IMG/VR virus record: IMGVR_UViG_3300035698_012504
Span: 58,694 to 122,693 of that record
Source: a virus
Reading direction: 5' to 3' (one strand)
Length of the DNA: 64,000 nt
A program made the translations under genes and the position numbers. The notes below the pieces were generated by a model. The model was not told the DNA's origin, did not search any database, and saw only the letters and a program-made list of their open reading frames with translations. Shown in pieces: positions 46,198 through 56,173 of the stretch; the first letter of the stretch is position 1; the number at the start of each line of letters is the position of its first letter.

Positions 46198-46421
46198 TAA
46201 TATGAATGTATCTGAAAAGTTTATAACTATGTTGGAAGTGTCTGTTGCGAAAAAGGGCATAGAAACTGTGAAAAAAGGCGTGGAATGGGTGAAGAAAGAA
46301 GCAAGGTCCTAAAGCGCCTCTACATAGGACACCGGCACAGTTGAAGCGTACAAGACAACGAATGCATGGAAAGCCAAAATGGATGCAATCGATCATTAAA
46401 TCTACATCATAGGGAGATATT

Positions 46422-47018
46422 ATGAATGAAACAAATATTATAATAGCAACAGAACAAGAGCTATCATCAGAAGAATTTCCATATACCTTAAGTCTTAGAC
46501 GAAAGGAAATTGATAACGAAAAAGAACTCCATAAATTTATAGCTTCGTGTGAGAGAATGATGAGAAATTCACCGGAGTATAAGATGTGGACTGGATATGT
46601 TAGAGATGTATTAGGGCATAGAGCGTGTTCTATAACTGGAGAAAAATTAGGAGAATTATCTATAGATATCCATCATCATCCGTATAGTTTATATATTATA
46701 ATAAAAGGATTAATTTTAAAATGTGTTGAAGAAGAGAATGATTTTTGTAGTTTTGATATTATTACTAAATGTATAGAGTTTCATTATGAAAATAAAATTC
46801 CGTATGTTCCTATCGTTAAATCATTACACGAAAAATTTCATAATGGTTTTTTAGCTATACCAATTTCATTATGTCATGGGGATATAGATTATTTTATGAA
46901 GTATTATTCATTCTTATTAGAAGATGAAGAACAAGAAACAATACTTAAAAGATTAAAAATAACAACTGATAATTGTGGATGGGAAATTGGATATAAGTGG
47001 GTGAATTCAGATGGATAA
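46422..47018 (+). CDS. hypothetical protein (His/Cys-containing, possible nuclease-associated)
   Basis: ORF; IDIHHHPYS segment; directly upstream of the GIY-YIG gene. Confidence 0.35.
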   Translation: MNETNIIIATEQELSSEEFPYTLSLRRKEIDNEKELHKFIASCERMMRNSPEYKMWTGYVRDVLGHRACSITGEKLGELSIDIHHHPYSLYIIIKGLILKCVEEENDFCSFDIITKCIEFHYENKIPYVPIVKSLHEKFHNGFLAIPISLCHGDIDYFMKYYSFLLEDEEQETILKRLKITTDNCGWEIGYKWVNSDG

Positions 47019-47715
47019 TTTATATTACGTATATGTTTATTTAGATCCTAGAAAAAAAGATATTTATAAATATGGAAATTTTTTATTTGAAAATGAACCA
47101 TTTTATGTAGGTAAAGGAAAAGGAAATAGATACAAACAACACCTGCAACCTTACCATCTGAAAAAACAAACATATATGTCCAAAAAATTAAATAAATTGT
47201 TAAGAAAAGATATAACACCAATTATAAAAATAATAGAATGTGATATAACAGATCAAGATGCTAAATTTATTGAAGTTGATTTAATAAAATATATAGGTAG
47301 AATTAACAAAGGATTGGGTCCTCTTACAAATCTTACAGATGGTGGGGATGGCTCTTCTGGTAGAAAATGCAATAAAGAAACTAAATTAAAAATTTCTATA
47401 TCTAATAAAGGAAAGACAAAAGGTAGAGCGAGTGAAAAAAGAAGTATTAAATTATCCGATTCAACTAAAGAAAAAATGTCTAAATCAACAAGTGGAATAA
47501 AAAATCCAATGTTTGATAAAAAACATAAGAAAACTACAATAGAAAAAATGTCAATAATTAAAAAAGGTAATCAATATGGAAGAAAAATATCTAATAAAAT
47601 TAAAGATGAGATAATTAAGCTTTATTCTTCAGGAGAATATACTCAATTGGAGATTGGAAATATATATAATGTTCATAGAAAAACAATAGGAAAAGTAATC
47701 AGGGGATATAAATAA
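47011..47715 (+). CDS. GIY-YIG homing endonuclease with NUMOD3-like repeats
   Basis: YYVYVYLDP...PFYVGKGKGNRYKQH GIY-YIG core; repeated ETKLKISISNKGKTKG and KEKMSKSTSG DNA-binding modules. Confidence 0.7.
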   Translation: MDNLYYVYVYLDPRKKDIYKYGNFLFENEPFYVGKGKGNRYKQHLQPYHLKKQTYMSKKLNKLLRKDITPIIKIIECDITDQDAKFIEVDLIKYIGRINKGLGPLTNLTDGGDGSSGRKCNKETKLKISISNKGKTKGRASEKRSIKLSDSTKEKMSKSTSGIKNPMFDKKHKKTTIEKMSIIKKGNQYGRKISNKIKDEIIKLYSSGEYTQLEIGNIYNVHRKTIGKVIRGYK

Positions 47716-47891
47716 TGGGAAAAGAACAACTACGAAATCCAAGAGAATTAAGCGACAGAGAACTAATTAAAGAAATAAATTCATCAAAAAATAGAAAGAA
47801 ATTAAAAGAAAGATTTAGAGCTTTTAAAAGTGGTGAACTTAGTGAAAGTATTAAAGAACGATTAAAAAACCTTATGAATCAGGAAAAATAA

Positions 47892-49544
47892 ATGGCTAGT
47901 GCTTACTCAATAAAAGTAGACTCAAGAAGAAAAGCTAGAGTGTCAACTGATCTAGATAACCTTAGAAGTAGGTATATGGATACAGATGATTTCTTTTTTT
48001 ATAGAGAGATCGAACAAATAGAAGAAGATAAACGACTAGCTGAACAAAATCTAGATGTATTAATATCTAATGGTGGAATGGACATAGGTAGAATAAATAT
48101 ATTAACCAAAAGAATAAAAATGTTACAGAGTGCCATGGATACATCCGTTATAGATCAATATAGCAGAGATACGCAAAGATTAAATGTTACATTCCCTTCA
48201 GGTGAAATTTATTCTTTTGAAAAAAATCTATATGTTTTGATATCTGAATCAAAAAAGGTTCCATTTAAAGCTGAGTGGACAATGAGACCAGACTATGTAA
48301 GTCATGACATGTATAACTCAGAAATATATTGGCCCATGATTCTTTTTGTAAATAGGGTGTACATGATAGAAGAATTCACAGGGTTTAATGAAATATTAGT
48401 ACCACCATTGGACTCTATTTTATTTCTTACTAAAGATAGGATTCCTTATTCGGATACAAGTCCACTGTATGAGTTTGTTCCAAAAAATATATTGACCTAT
48501 TTCCAAAGACATCCTTTAGATGATATAGAAATAGAGAAAAGAGTTAGAGATGAATCACTTAAAGATTCCCCAGGTACTCCTGATCCTGTTGATATATCCG
48601 GAACATTAGTAGAAAGCAGTCCCAATATAATTATAACTACAGATGATATATTAAACAAGAGAGTGGCATTGGCAAATACCCCTATCAATAATTCATCTAT
48701 CGTTGTAAAAATAAATGATTATGATATCATTCAGAGATATGGGTATGATTATTTCCATCAGTTACTAAGCGATGGAACTAGCTATATCAATTGGGATGGT
48801 GATTTATGTGAGCTTGGGGATGGGATGGTAAATATTTTATCAGTAGGAGATATTCTCCATGTAGAATATGCATATGGTATGGGTAGACTAGCAAATATTT
48901 GCTACAATGAAGATTGTGGACACCCAGGACTAATTGCTGATGTTCATTGGAGTTTATTGGGTCTCAGCGATACGTCAATGTTATTTATGTTAATGTTTGG
49001 GTCATATATGTTAGTAGGATTCCCTCTCTATGATGCTGATAGTGATGGAGGAATACCTCTATTAGATACTGATACTATATTACAAGCTATCTTTGGTAGC
49101 GATCCGATTGCAGAGTTTATGGTCGAAATAATAATAAGACTTATGGATAGAGATTATGATGGTTATATTGAACCATCTGATCTGATTAGGATGTTTGAAT
49201 TAACAACAGCACAAGGAATTGGACCGGGTAATTACTTTGGCCATTTAGCTACAGAAATGATACCAGCATTCAATAATTTTGATTCGAATGGTAATGGGCA
49301 AATTACTTTAGCAGAATTCATAAGTTATTTTCCAACATTGTTTGTCGGTATAGATCCTTATGGAGATAACACACTGATATTATTCTTTTTAGAAACATAT
49401 GAAACCGCAACAATTCAACAACGACCAATACTTCTAGAATATTGGTTTGATATGCTTGATGAGGATGGAGTTGGAGTTCTTACTACTTCTGAGTTAACAA
49501 CGGCAGCATCCGAAGCAATACCTATAAACTTCGACGATTTTTAG
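47892..49544 (+). CDS. large protein with C-terminal EF-hand-like calcium-binding loops
   Basis: DRDYDGYIEPSD, DSNGNGQITLAE and DEDGVGVLTTSE fit the 12-residue DxDxDG EF-hand loop. Confidence 0.45.
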   Translation: MASAYSIKVDSRRKARVSTDLDNLRSRYMDTDDFFFYREIEQIEEDKRLAEQNLDVLISNGGMDIGRINILTKRIKMLQSAMDTSVIDQYSRDTQRLNVTFPSGEIYSFEKNLYVLISESKKVPFKAEWTMRPDYVSHDMYNSEIYWPMILFVNRVYMIEEFTGFNEILVPPLDSILFLTKDRIPYSDTSPLYEFVPKNILTYFQRHPLDDIEIEKRVRDESLKDSPGTPDPVDISGTLVESSPNIIITTDDILNKRVALANTPINNSSIVVKINDYDIIQRYGYDYFHQLLSDGTSYINWDGDLCELGDGMVNILSVGDILHVEYAYGMGRLANICYNEDCGHPGLIADVHWSLLGLSDTSMLFMLMFGSYMLVGFPLYDADSDGGIPLLDTDTILQAIFGSDPIAEFMVEIIIRLMDRDYDGYIEPSDLIRMFELTTAQGIGPGNYFGHLATEMIPAFNNFDSNGNGQITLAEFISYFPTLFVGIDPYGDNTLILFFLETYETATIQQRPILLEYWFDMLDEDGVGVLTTSELTTAASEAIPINFDDF

Positions 49545-49554
49545 GAGAAAATAG

Positions 49555-50424
49555 ATGAGGGTTAAAGATAAATTTGAACTTGTATATGGTAGAGCAGGAG
49601 ATATTTACAACATCCTACCTTTGAGTAAGAGTACTATCTCTGCTTACGTAATTAGTGAGGAAGATAGATCTCACTTGGACGGATTAGTAAAAGTATATAG
49701 CAGAGTGAAAAATCATAATACATCTAAATTTGTAATAGATAATATGAAAAAAGTTGTTGTTACTAAAATGGATATTTATCCTCTTCCAGCATTCATAAAT
49801 AAAACCGGTACTCCTTGTGTGAATCTTAGTGTACTCGCTTCTCCCCTATTAACAGACTATTCTTCCAGTGATATGTATGCTTTATATTTATATAGTCTAT
49901 GCCTAAATAAATTCGCATATGATAACTATCTTCCAGATTCTATTGAGCCACACATAACAGCATATATATTCTCAATATTTATTAAGTTGTTTGGAAAGAA
50001 AGCTGGATTACTAGGAGCATATAAAGAACTAAGGCCGAAGCTTAGATTTTTAATTTCATTGTATGTACACTGTGGGATGTTAGGACACTCTAGAACTCCT
50101 AGATTACTTGATAAGATAGGATCATCTTTATATTTTGATCCCGAAGACATTAAATTAGACTATGACTTTACTAGTACAATTGGATTTATTAAATCTATTC
50201 ATGGTAATAATATAATACAGCTGTCTGAAAATAATTTCTCAACTATAGTAATCAACATGGGAGGGTTACCATCTCTACCATTGTTTGAAGATACAGCTAG
50301 ATTTTTTTCTACATTAATAGCATCGACAGTCTCTGGTAACTCAATATTTACCCCGATCTGGTCTAAAATAAACAACCCTTTATTTAACAAAGTAATATAT
50401 CTTGGATTAAGAAACCTTAAATAG
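49555..50424 (+). CDS. hypothetical protein
   Basis: ORF. Confidence 0.4.
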   Translation: MRVKDKFELVYGRAGDIYNILPLSKSTISAYVISEEDRSHLDGLVKVYSRVKNHNTSKFVIDNMKKVVVTKMDIYPLPAFINKTGTPCVNLSVLASPLLTDYSSSDMYALYLYSLCLNKFAYDNYLPDSIEPHITAYIFSIFIKLFGKKAGLLGAYKELRPKLRFLISLYVHCGMLGHSRTPRLLDKIGSSLYFDPEDIKLDYDFTSTIGFIKSIHGNNIIQLSENNFSTIVINMGGLPSLPLFEDTARFFSTLIASTVSGNSIFTPIWSKINNPLFNKVIYLGLRNLK

Positions 50425-50434
50425 AGGAGATTTA

Positions 50435-51757
50435 ATGGTAACAAACGAACACAAGTACATGGGATTTTATAGAGCGAAAGTTACGGAAGTAGATATAGAA
50501 GATAATATTTATGGTTCAGTAAGGGTATTTATACCTGCTCTAATGACAGATATAGATCCAGATTTTGATTCGGAAACAATGGGGCTTATAGCATTCCCAC
50601 TTAATAATTATATGGGTGGATATAATCCAGAAGATTCAGATGGATCAGCAAACTTTCAGGCATCCGTTCATGTTCCATTAAAGAATTCATGGGTTGCTAT
50701 AATGTTTGAAGCAGGTAATCCAAACAGACCATTCTATTTTGCAGCCTTTGATTATAAGTGGGCTGAAGTTCCCCCAGAATGCAAAGATGTGGAGGAACCT
50801 CATAAAGTTCATGCTATGAAGATGCAGTCTGGAAGATCTGTTATAATGTGTGATTCAGAAGACCAAGCAAGAGTCGAAATAACAGGACTGAGAAAGAAAT
50901 TAGAAGAAGGTGGAGGTGGGGGTGGTACGGGTGGAGTATATGAGATAGACGATAATATGAATACTATCTTGATAGATGAGAGAGATGATCAAGAAAAGAT
51001 TCTTATAAGAACTAGGAAAGGGGATTATGTTCATATAGATGTTGAAGAACAACAACTTCAGTGTTACTTTAAAAAAGATATATTGATTCAAACGGATGCT
51101 AATTTACATTTAAAGGTAAAAGAAAACTTAAACATATCAGTTGATGGAAATGTTAGTTTAGCAACCAAAGGAAATGTGGATAGTGATACTAAGGGAAATC
51201 TTGCTTTAACTCAAGGAGGAACTGCAAGTATTAAATCTACTGGAATCAATGGTATAGATGGATCTATGACTTATATTCAAGCTGGTAGAGCTCAACCCGC
51301 ATCGGCAACAGCACCAACAACTCCAGAAGGTGATAGAGATGAAGGCGGAGGAATGGGTGCAATGACTGCTGCTGGTGGCGCGCCCGCACTTCCTGCGGCA
51401 GACATGGTGAGTGGTGTTGCAGCTGGTGGAGTTGGCGATCTACCAGGAGATATGGCTGGTGGCATGCCGGTGGGAGATATTGGTCTCCCCATTGATGATC
51501 TATCTGGATTGACCGGAGGGCTCGCAGCGGGCACGACTGGCTTAGCTGGTGGGGACATGATGGGAATGGCAGCAGGGGCCGTTGGAGGAGCTGTAGGAGG
51601 ACCTGTAGGAGCAATGGGAGCACAGGCAGCTGTTGGAGGAGTTGGAGCAGCCATACAAGGTGGTGGAGTAGGATCTATCGTTGGAGGAGCAGCTGGTGGG
51701 GCAGTTAGTGGATCCCCATTAGGAGGAGGTAATAACTTGGGTAATTTATTAGGATAG
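50435..51757 (+). CDS. baseplate spike / gpV-like protein with Gly-rich C-terminal repeats
   Basis: N-terminus YRAKVTEVDIEDNIYGSVRVFIPALM fits the baseplate hub/spike OB domain; GC-rich Gly/Ala repeat tail. Confidence 0.45.
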   Translation: MVTNEHKYMGFYRAKVTEVDIEDNIYGSVRVFIPALMTDIDPDFDSETMGLIAFPLNNYMGGYNPEDSDGSANFQASVHVPLKNSWVAIMFEAGNPNRPFYFAAFDYKWAEVPPECKDVEEPHKVHAMKMQSGRSVIMCDSEDQARVEITGLRKKLEEGGGGGGTGGVYEIDDNMNTILIDERDDQEKILIRTRKGDYVHIDVEEQQLQCYFKKDILIQTDANLHLKVKENLNISVDGNVSLATKGNVDSDTKGNLALTQGGTASIKSTGINGIDGSMTYIQAGRAQPASATAPTTPEGDRDEGGGMGAMTAAGGAPALPAADMVSGVAAGGVGDLPGDMAGGMPVGDIGLPIDDLSGLTGGLAAGTTGLAGGDMMGMAAGAVGGAVGGPVGAMGAQAAVGGVGAAIQGGGVGSIVGGAAGGAVSGSPLGGGNNLGNLLG

Positions 51758-51766
51758 GAGACTATA

Positions 51767-52303
51767 ATGGTACCACTTAGAATAACAGATTTAAAATTAG
51801 CTCAACGATGGCCTAACCATTTAATAATCCATCATACTGCTGAAGGTCCCATGGCAGGAGTTGGAGAATTTAAATTCGATACACCGAAGGCACAGTCTCC
51901 AGGGTATGAAAAATATTCATATAAAGTAAAGAAAAGTAAAACTACTGGCTATCATTTTATAGTTGAAAAATTAAAGGAAGATTACAGTGTTATATTAAGT
52001 CAACCGCTCATGACATTAGCAGAGTGGGAAGATTTAGATCCAGAATATCATAGAGATATTCATATCGGTCTTATGGGAAATTATGATATGGATATCCCAA
52101 CAAATAGATTATATAAAGTGTTAGCATTTAGATTATTATCCCCACTAATGAGATTGTTTCTTATGAAAGAGGACAGTATACTTTTTCATAATACTATATC
52201 AAATAATAAAGATTGTACTTGTCCAGGAGAGTTTGTAGACATGGATAAGTTAAAAATGGCACTAAGATCAGTGTTAAGAAGAAAGCCAGTGGCAAGAAGA
52301 TAA
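51767..52303 (+). CDS. N-acetylmuramoyl-L-alanine amidase (Amidase_2 / T7-lysozyme-like)
   Basis: LIIHHTAEG and HNTISNNKDCTCPG give the His, His and Cys zinc ligands. Confidence 0.5.
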   Translation: MVPLRITDLKLAQRWPNHLIIHHTAEGPMAGVGEFKFDTPKAQSPGYEKYSYKVKKSKTTGYHFIVEKLKEDYSVILSQPLMTLAEWEDLDPEYHRDIHIGLMGNYDMDIPTNRLYKVLAFRLLSPLMRLFLMKEDSILFHNTISNNKDCTCPGEFVDMDKLKMALRSVLRRKPVARR

Positions 52304-52315
52304 AAGGAGAAAAGA

Positions 52316-52513
52316 ATGGCTAGAGATAGAACTGCGATAAAGACATCGACCTTCGAAATATTTAAAATATTTAGTTTGGCATTTATATTAGGTGATATGG
52401 AACTAACTTATGATGGTGTTAAAGCTTTAACATTAGCATCATCCACAATTGCTAAACACTTTGAAGATGTAATGAGTGATGAAGAAGCAATATACGACGT
52501 ATGGGATGATTAA
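52316..52513 (+). CDS. hypothetical small protein
   Basis: ORF. Confidence 0.3.
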   Translation: MARDRTAIKTSTFEIFKIFSLAFILGDMELTYDGVKALTLASSTIAKHFEDVMSDEEAIYDVWDD

Positions 52514-52523
52514 GGAGTATAAT

Positions 52524-52772
52524 ATGTCGGCAAAAGATTCAATACTAGATAAAGTTCTTAATGAAGCAAACGGGACATCTACTATAAAGAGAAACCGTTC
52601 TGATAAACGGCATGCATATGCTAACAGATCCGCTCTATCAATTGCTAAGTCTAGAAATGATCCTCTGTTTAAAAAGTACTCTAGATATAGAGCTTTGTTT
52701 TTAGCAGCCAAAGAAGGCATAATAATGAAGTATGGATCTCGCGGAAAACAATACGCTAGAAAAAGAATGTAA
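52524..52772 (+). CDS. hypothetical basic protein
   Basis: Track ORF trimmed to the ATG after a TAAGGAG RBS. Confidence 0.35.
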   Translation: MSAKDSILDKVLNEANGTSTIKRNRSDKRHAYANRSALSIAKSRNDPLFKKYSRYRALFLAAKEGIIMKYGSRGKQYARKRM

Positions 52773-52805
52773 GTATATATATTAAATAGTGACGGAGAAT
52801 TGTTT

Positions 52806-52840
52806 CGAGATATATAAATTTTATATTTATATATCTCGAT
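52806..52840. promoter_or_regulatory. perfect 14-bp inverted repeat TCGAGATATATAAA / TTTATATATCTCGA
   Basis: Intergenic palindrome with a 7-nt AT spacer, between 52772 and 52901. Confidence 0.4.
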
Positions 52841-52900
52841 TCAAACGAATTAAAAGTAGGAAGAAATAATATTTTCTTTTCGATAAAATAAGAGGGACCT

Positions 52901-53161
52901 ATGCTTAAAGAAAAATTTGATTTTTTGGATGAAATAATTCAGGACGTTGCGGATGTTAGGTTTAAAAGAGGCATATGCTGCGATAGTATACGCGATGGAA
53001 TATTAGATGATGCAATGGACTCAATTTTTGAAGAACTAAGTATAGTATGTGACGTAGAGAAGCCTTTAGAAAAGTATAATTATTTACGAAGGTATATAAT
53101 AAATGATAAAAGTTTAACTTCAGAAGAAAAGATTATACTTGTGAGAAAAATGACCACTTAA
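52901..53161 (+). CDS. hypothetical protein
   Basis: ORF. Confidence 0.35.
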   Translation: MLKEKFDFLDEIIQDVADVRFKRGICCDSIRDGILDDAMDSIFEELSIVCDVEKPLEKYNYLRRYIINDKSLTSEEKIILVRKMTT

Positions 53162-53173
53162 AAGGAGTTTGGT

Positions 53174-54793
53174 TTGATAGCAATTAAAAAGAGGGGTGAC
53201 AACCCTAAGAATAAACGTAAGTGGAATTTAGTATACATTGAAGATGAAGAAGAGACCGTAATAGTAGAATTGACATTGGTTACTTCTTCACTAACAAATA
53301 AATTTATTGTTATTCAAAAATTGTTCGAGGAAATGAATGATATTGTTCCAGAGTTTTCTGGATGGTATAGAGATATAGTTCGGGAATATATTGACTCTGG
53401 ATATAATGCTGAAATAATTATGGATTCTGTTCCAGAGATGATAAATATGGCTAGCGAATATCTTGAAAATAAAACTGTATTTAATAGAGATAATGTTGAG
53501 GTTCCCCTACTAACACACTTTGAATCATTTGTAGATTTAAAGAAGGCTAGTAAAACAAGTATTCTTTTTGAAGTTGCTGACATCAAAGCTATATCGTTAA
53601 CGTCTACTGCTCTTAAAATATACTCAATATTTTGTTATGATGTTAACTTAAAAGTACCTGAGAATATAGATCGATTAATTTATGACAAGATGATACATCC
53701 ATGCGTAGAAGCTGGAACTACAACTAAGATTTTTGAACTTATAAGATCGAGAACTTATCGTTCATCAATAACAGATAGATTTATGTGGGACATGATTAAA
53801 CTTATGGTATCAGAGACACCAGAGAGTTATGTAATGACTACATTTAATTTCTTAATGAAGAACTTAATATCTATTATATCTGTTGAGAAAAATCCAGTAC
53901 TATATTTAATTGGAACGATTGATTACGCTATTAAATGGTTAATGGCTAGTGCATATGAAGATAAGATTATATATGGAGAAGCATTTGGTTCTTCTGAAGA
54001 CATATATGGATCAGGAGTATCAAAAGAATCTTTCCATTTGTATTGCTGTAATGATGTTATAGCAAAGGTAGCCAGCGCTGGTATGTTTTGTCTTGAAAAC
54101 CAGTGGGGACTTAATGACCTAAGAGCTGAACAACAAGAAACCTCTGGTAGATTATTAGAATTAAAAGAGAATGTTCCAGCTAGTTCTCCTGAGTATAAGG
54201 AGTTAGATAGAAAAAATGAAAAACTATTTGAGGAATTAAATAAGTTAGAAGGAGGTCTTGCTCAATCTAGAGATAGGATTGATGCCTTAACATATCTATT
54301 TCCACCTATGAGACTACTTACTTTACCTATAGCAAGTAGAGTATTTGAAATACCATATAAGTTCTTACTAGCTGCCGCACCAAAGCATGTTATGTTAATG
54401 GGAATATTTTTATACGAGTTAACCGATGGAATAATGAGGGAAGATTTCCCGATCCTATCAGAATTTTTAATCTCTTGTCCTGAGAATGCAAACTTTCTAT
54501 CAACCCGGTCATCATATAAGATAAGGAACCTAGAGTTCATCTTGAACGATAAGAATCCTATATTTGGATTCAATTCTAAGTCATTAAAGTTTGAGATAAT
54601 GAGCTCTATATGCGGTGTACTTTCCGCTAGCAAGAAGAATGTAGTATCTGTGATAGACGGTTCCAAGCTCTCTAAAATAACATACCTTGATCTAGAGAGT
54701 GACGTTACCGAGTTTTATATAAAACTATACAGTGGTAATCTTGATAAGATTTTTGACAAAATGAGAAGCAAATCAAACGAATATTTTAAGTAA
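53174..54793 (+). CDS. hypothetical protein
   Basis: 539-aa ORF with no recognisable motif. Confidence 0.45.
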   Translation: MIAIKKRGDNPKNKRKWNLVYIEDEEETVIVELTLVTSSLTNKFIVIQKLFEEMNDIVPEFSGWYRDIVREYIDSGYNAEIIMDSVPEMINMASEYLENKTVFNRDNVEVPLLTHFESFVDLKKASKTSILFEVADIKAISLTSTALKIYSIFCYDVNLKVPENIDRLIYDKMIHPCVEAGTTTKIFELIRSRTYRSSITDRFMWDMIKLMVSETPESYVMTTFNFLMKNLISIISVEKNPVLYLIGTIDYAIKWLMASAYEDKIIYGEAFGSSEDIYGSGVSKESFHLYCCNDVIAKVASAGMFCLENQWGLNDLRAEQQETSGRLLELKENVPASSPEYKELDRKNEKLFEELNKLEGGLAQSRDRIDALTYLFPPMRLLTLPIASRVFEIPYKFLLAAAPKHVMLMGIFLYELTDGIMREDFPILSEFLISCPENANFLSTRSSYKIRNLEFILNDKNPIFGFNSKSLKFEIMSSICGVLSASKKNVVSVIDGSKLSKITYLDLESDVTEFYIKLYSGNLDKIFDKMRSKSNEYFK

Positions 54794-54845
54794 ATGATGG
54801 ATGAGACAACATAACCTCAAAGAAAACGAAAGGAACGTGTTCACT

Positions 54846-55049
54846 ATGGCACATTCAACTTTAAGCAAGTCCGATCTAAGATCCCCAGGCGCAAAACCAG
54901 AGCGCCCAGGAGTGTATCGTGAAGTCGGCCCACTCGGAGGTACTGTCAAGAAGGCAGTAAAAACTACGATCTCCGAAGGTACCCCTCAGTTCCCCCCGAC
55001 AAGGGAAAAAGGTCGCAGATGGATCTGGGTAGCATCTACGCCCAAATAA
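54846..55049 (+). CDS. small GC-rich ORF
   Basis: 67 aa after an AAAGGAA RBS; composition is atypical for this genome. Confidence 0.3.
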   Translation: MAHSTLSKSDLRSPGAKPERPGVYREVGPLGGTVKKAVKTTISEGTPQFPPTREKGRRWIWVASTPK

Positions 55050-55063
55050 TCTTTTGCGGAACG

Positions 55064-55100
55064 GGAGGGGGATGAACCCCCTCCCAGCCTATTTTTTTTT
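55064..55100 (+). terminator. strong rho-independent terminator
   Basis: GGGAGGGGG-atgaa-CCCCCTCCC stem followed by a T-run (ATTTTTTTTTATTTTTT). Confidence 0.75.
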
Positions 55101-55120
55101 ATTTTTTAAAAGGAAGTAAC

Positions 55121-56158
55121 ATGAAAATAAATATAGCGAATCACCTAATAACTAGAAGGTGTAATTTAAGTTGTGAGTATTGTAAAATAGCTACTAGCCA
55201 AACAGATCTGTTAAGGCCAGTAGAGTATCCTAAAAATGGATTTTATAATAAAAATGAAAAGAGTGGCGAGTGGTGGATAAAATTAATAGATAGATTACAT
55301 AAACATAATAGTGAAATGTTTCATGTAATATATGGTGGAGAACCATTACTAAGATTAGAAACTCTGACAAAAATAATAGAGTTCATGCATAAGAAGGACA
55401 TCAATTATACTATCGTTAGTAATTGTACAGGCTCAGAGGTAAGGGACAATCTACAATCTCTTATCAAGTCAGTAGGGAAACTTAAGGGATTCTCTGCATC
55501 AGTTGATCCTTATTTCACAGAGGAAGAAGATGAAAGTGAATCAACAGATGAAAAATATAAAACATTTTGCGGATATAGTACCCTCAAGTGGCTGATAAGA
55601 AATGATTTAGTAGAGGATCCAGTTGCAGAAATAGTATGTGATAATAAAACAATTTATAATTTAGAGAGAACCGTAAAGATTCTAAGTGATGCTGAGATAT
55701 GGTCATCCATTAATGTATTAGATATTGCTAAAAATAATTATTATGATTTTAGTACGATATTATCTGAAGAATATGCAGTACATCAGTCTGAAGAAGTAAG
55801 GGCTATATTTGATAGACTTATATCAAACGACGATCTTATGATACATATGAAAGATTATTTGCTTAATGAACTATACAATTCTCTTCCAACCAATGTAGAT
55901 TGTGGGATAGAAAAAGATATACATAACATTACAATAGATAGTGATGGGAAGTTAAGACTGTGTCTAAGGATAAGAGGCATGATGACACAACAACACAATG
56001 CTCTTGAACTTATAAATAAAAATGGTTATTTTGCTGACAAATTTGAAGATATATATGAGTCTATAAAGGATGATAAGTTTACACTATGTAAGAAGTGTGC
56101 CTGGGCCTGTCCATTGATGTCTAAATTAAATGATAATTATAAAGTAATTAATCATTAA
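55121..56158 (+). CDS. radical SAM enzyme with C-terminal auxiliary Cys cluster
   Basis: CNLSCEYC (CxxxCxxC) at the N-terminus; C-terminal CKKCAWAC (SPASM/twitch-like). Confidence 0.65.
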   Translation: MKINIANHLITRRCNLSCEYCKIATSQTDLLRPVEYPKNGFYNKNEKSGEWWIKLIDRLHKHNSEMFHVIYGGEPLLRLETLTKIIEFMHKKDINYTIVSNCTGSEVRDNLQSLIKSVGKLKGFSASVDPYFTEEEDESESTDEKYKTFCGYSTLKWLIRNDLVEDPVAEIVCDNKTIYNLERTVKILSDAEIWSSINVLDIAKNNYYDFSTILSEEYAVHQSEEVRAIFDRLISNDDLMIHMKDYLLNELYNSLPTNVDCGIEKDIHNITIDSDGKLRLCLRIRGMMTQQHNALELINKNGYFADKFEDIYESIKDDKFTLCKKCAWACPLMSKLNDNYKVINH

Positions 56159-56173
56159 ATATTGTAGATTATT

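Noticed and set aside
46175-46396. Minus-strand ORF 46175-46396 (Cys/Phe-rich).
   Set aside because: Antisense to the frameshifted MYVSEKFI duplicate, with no RBS. Likely spurious.
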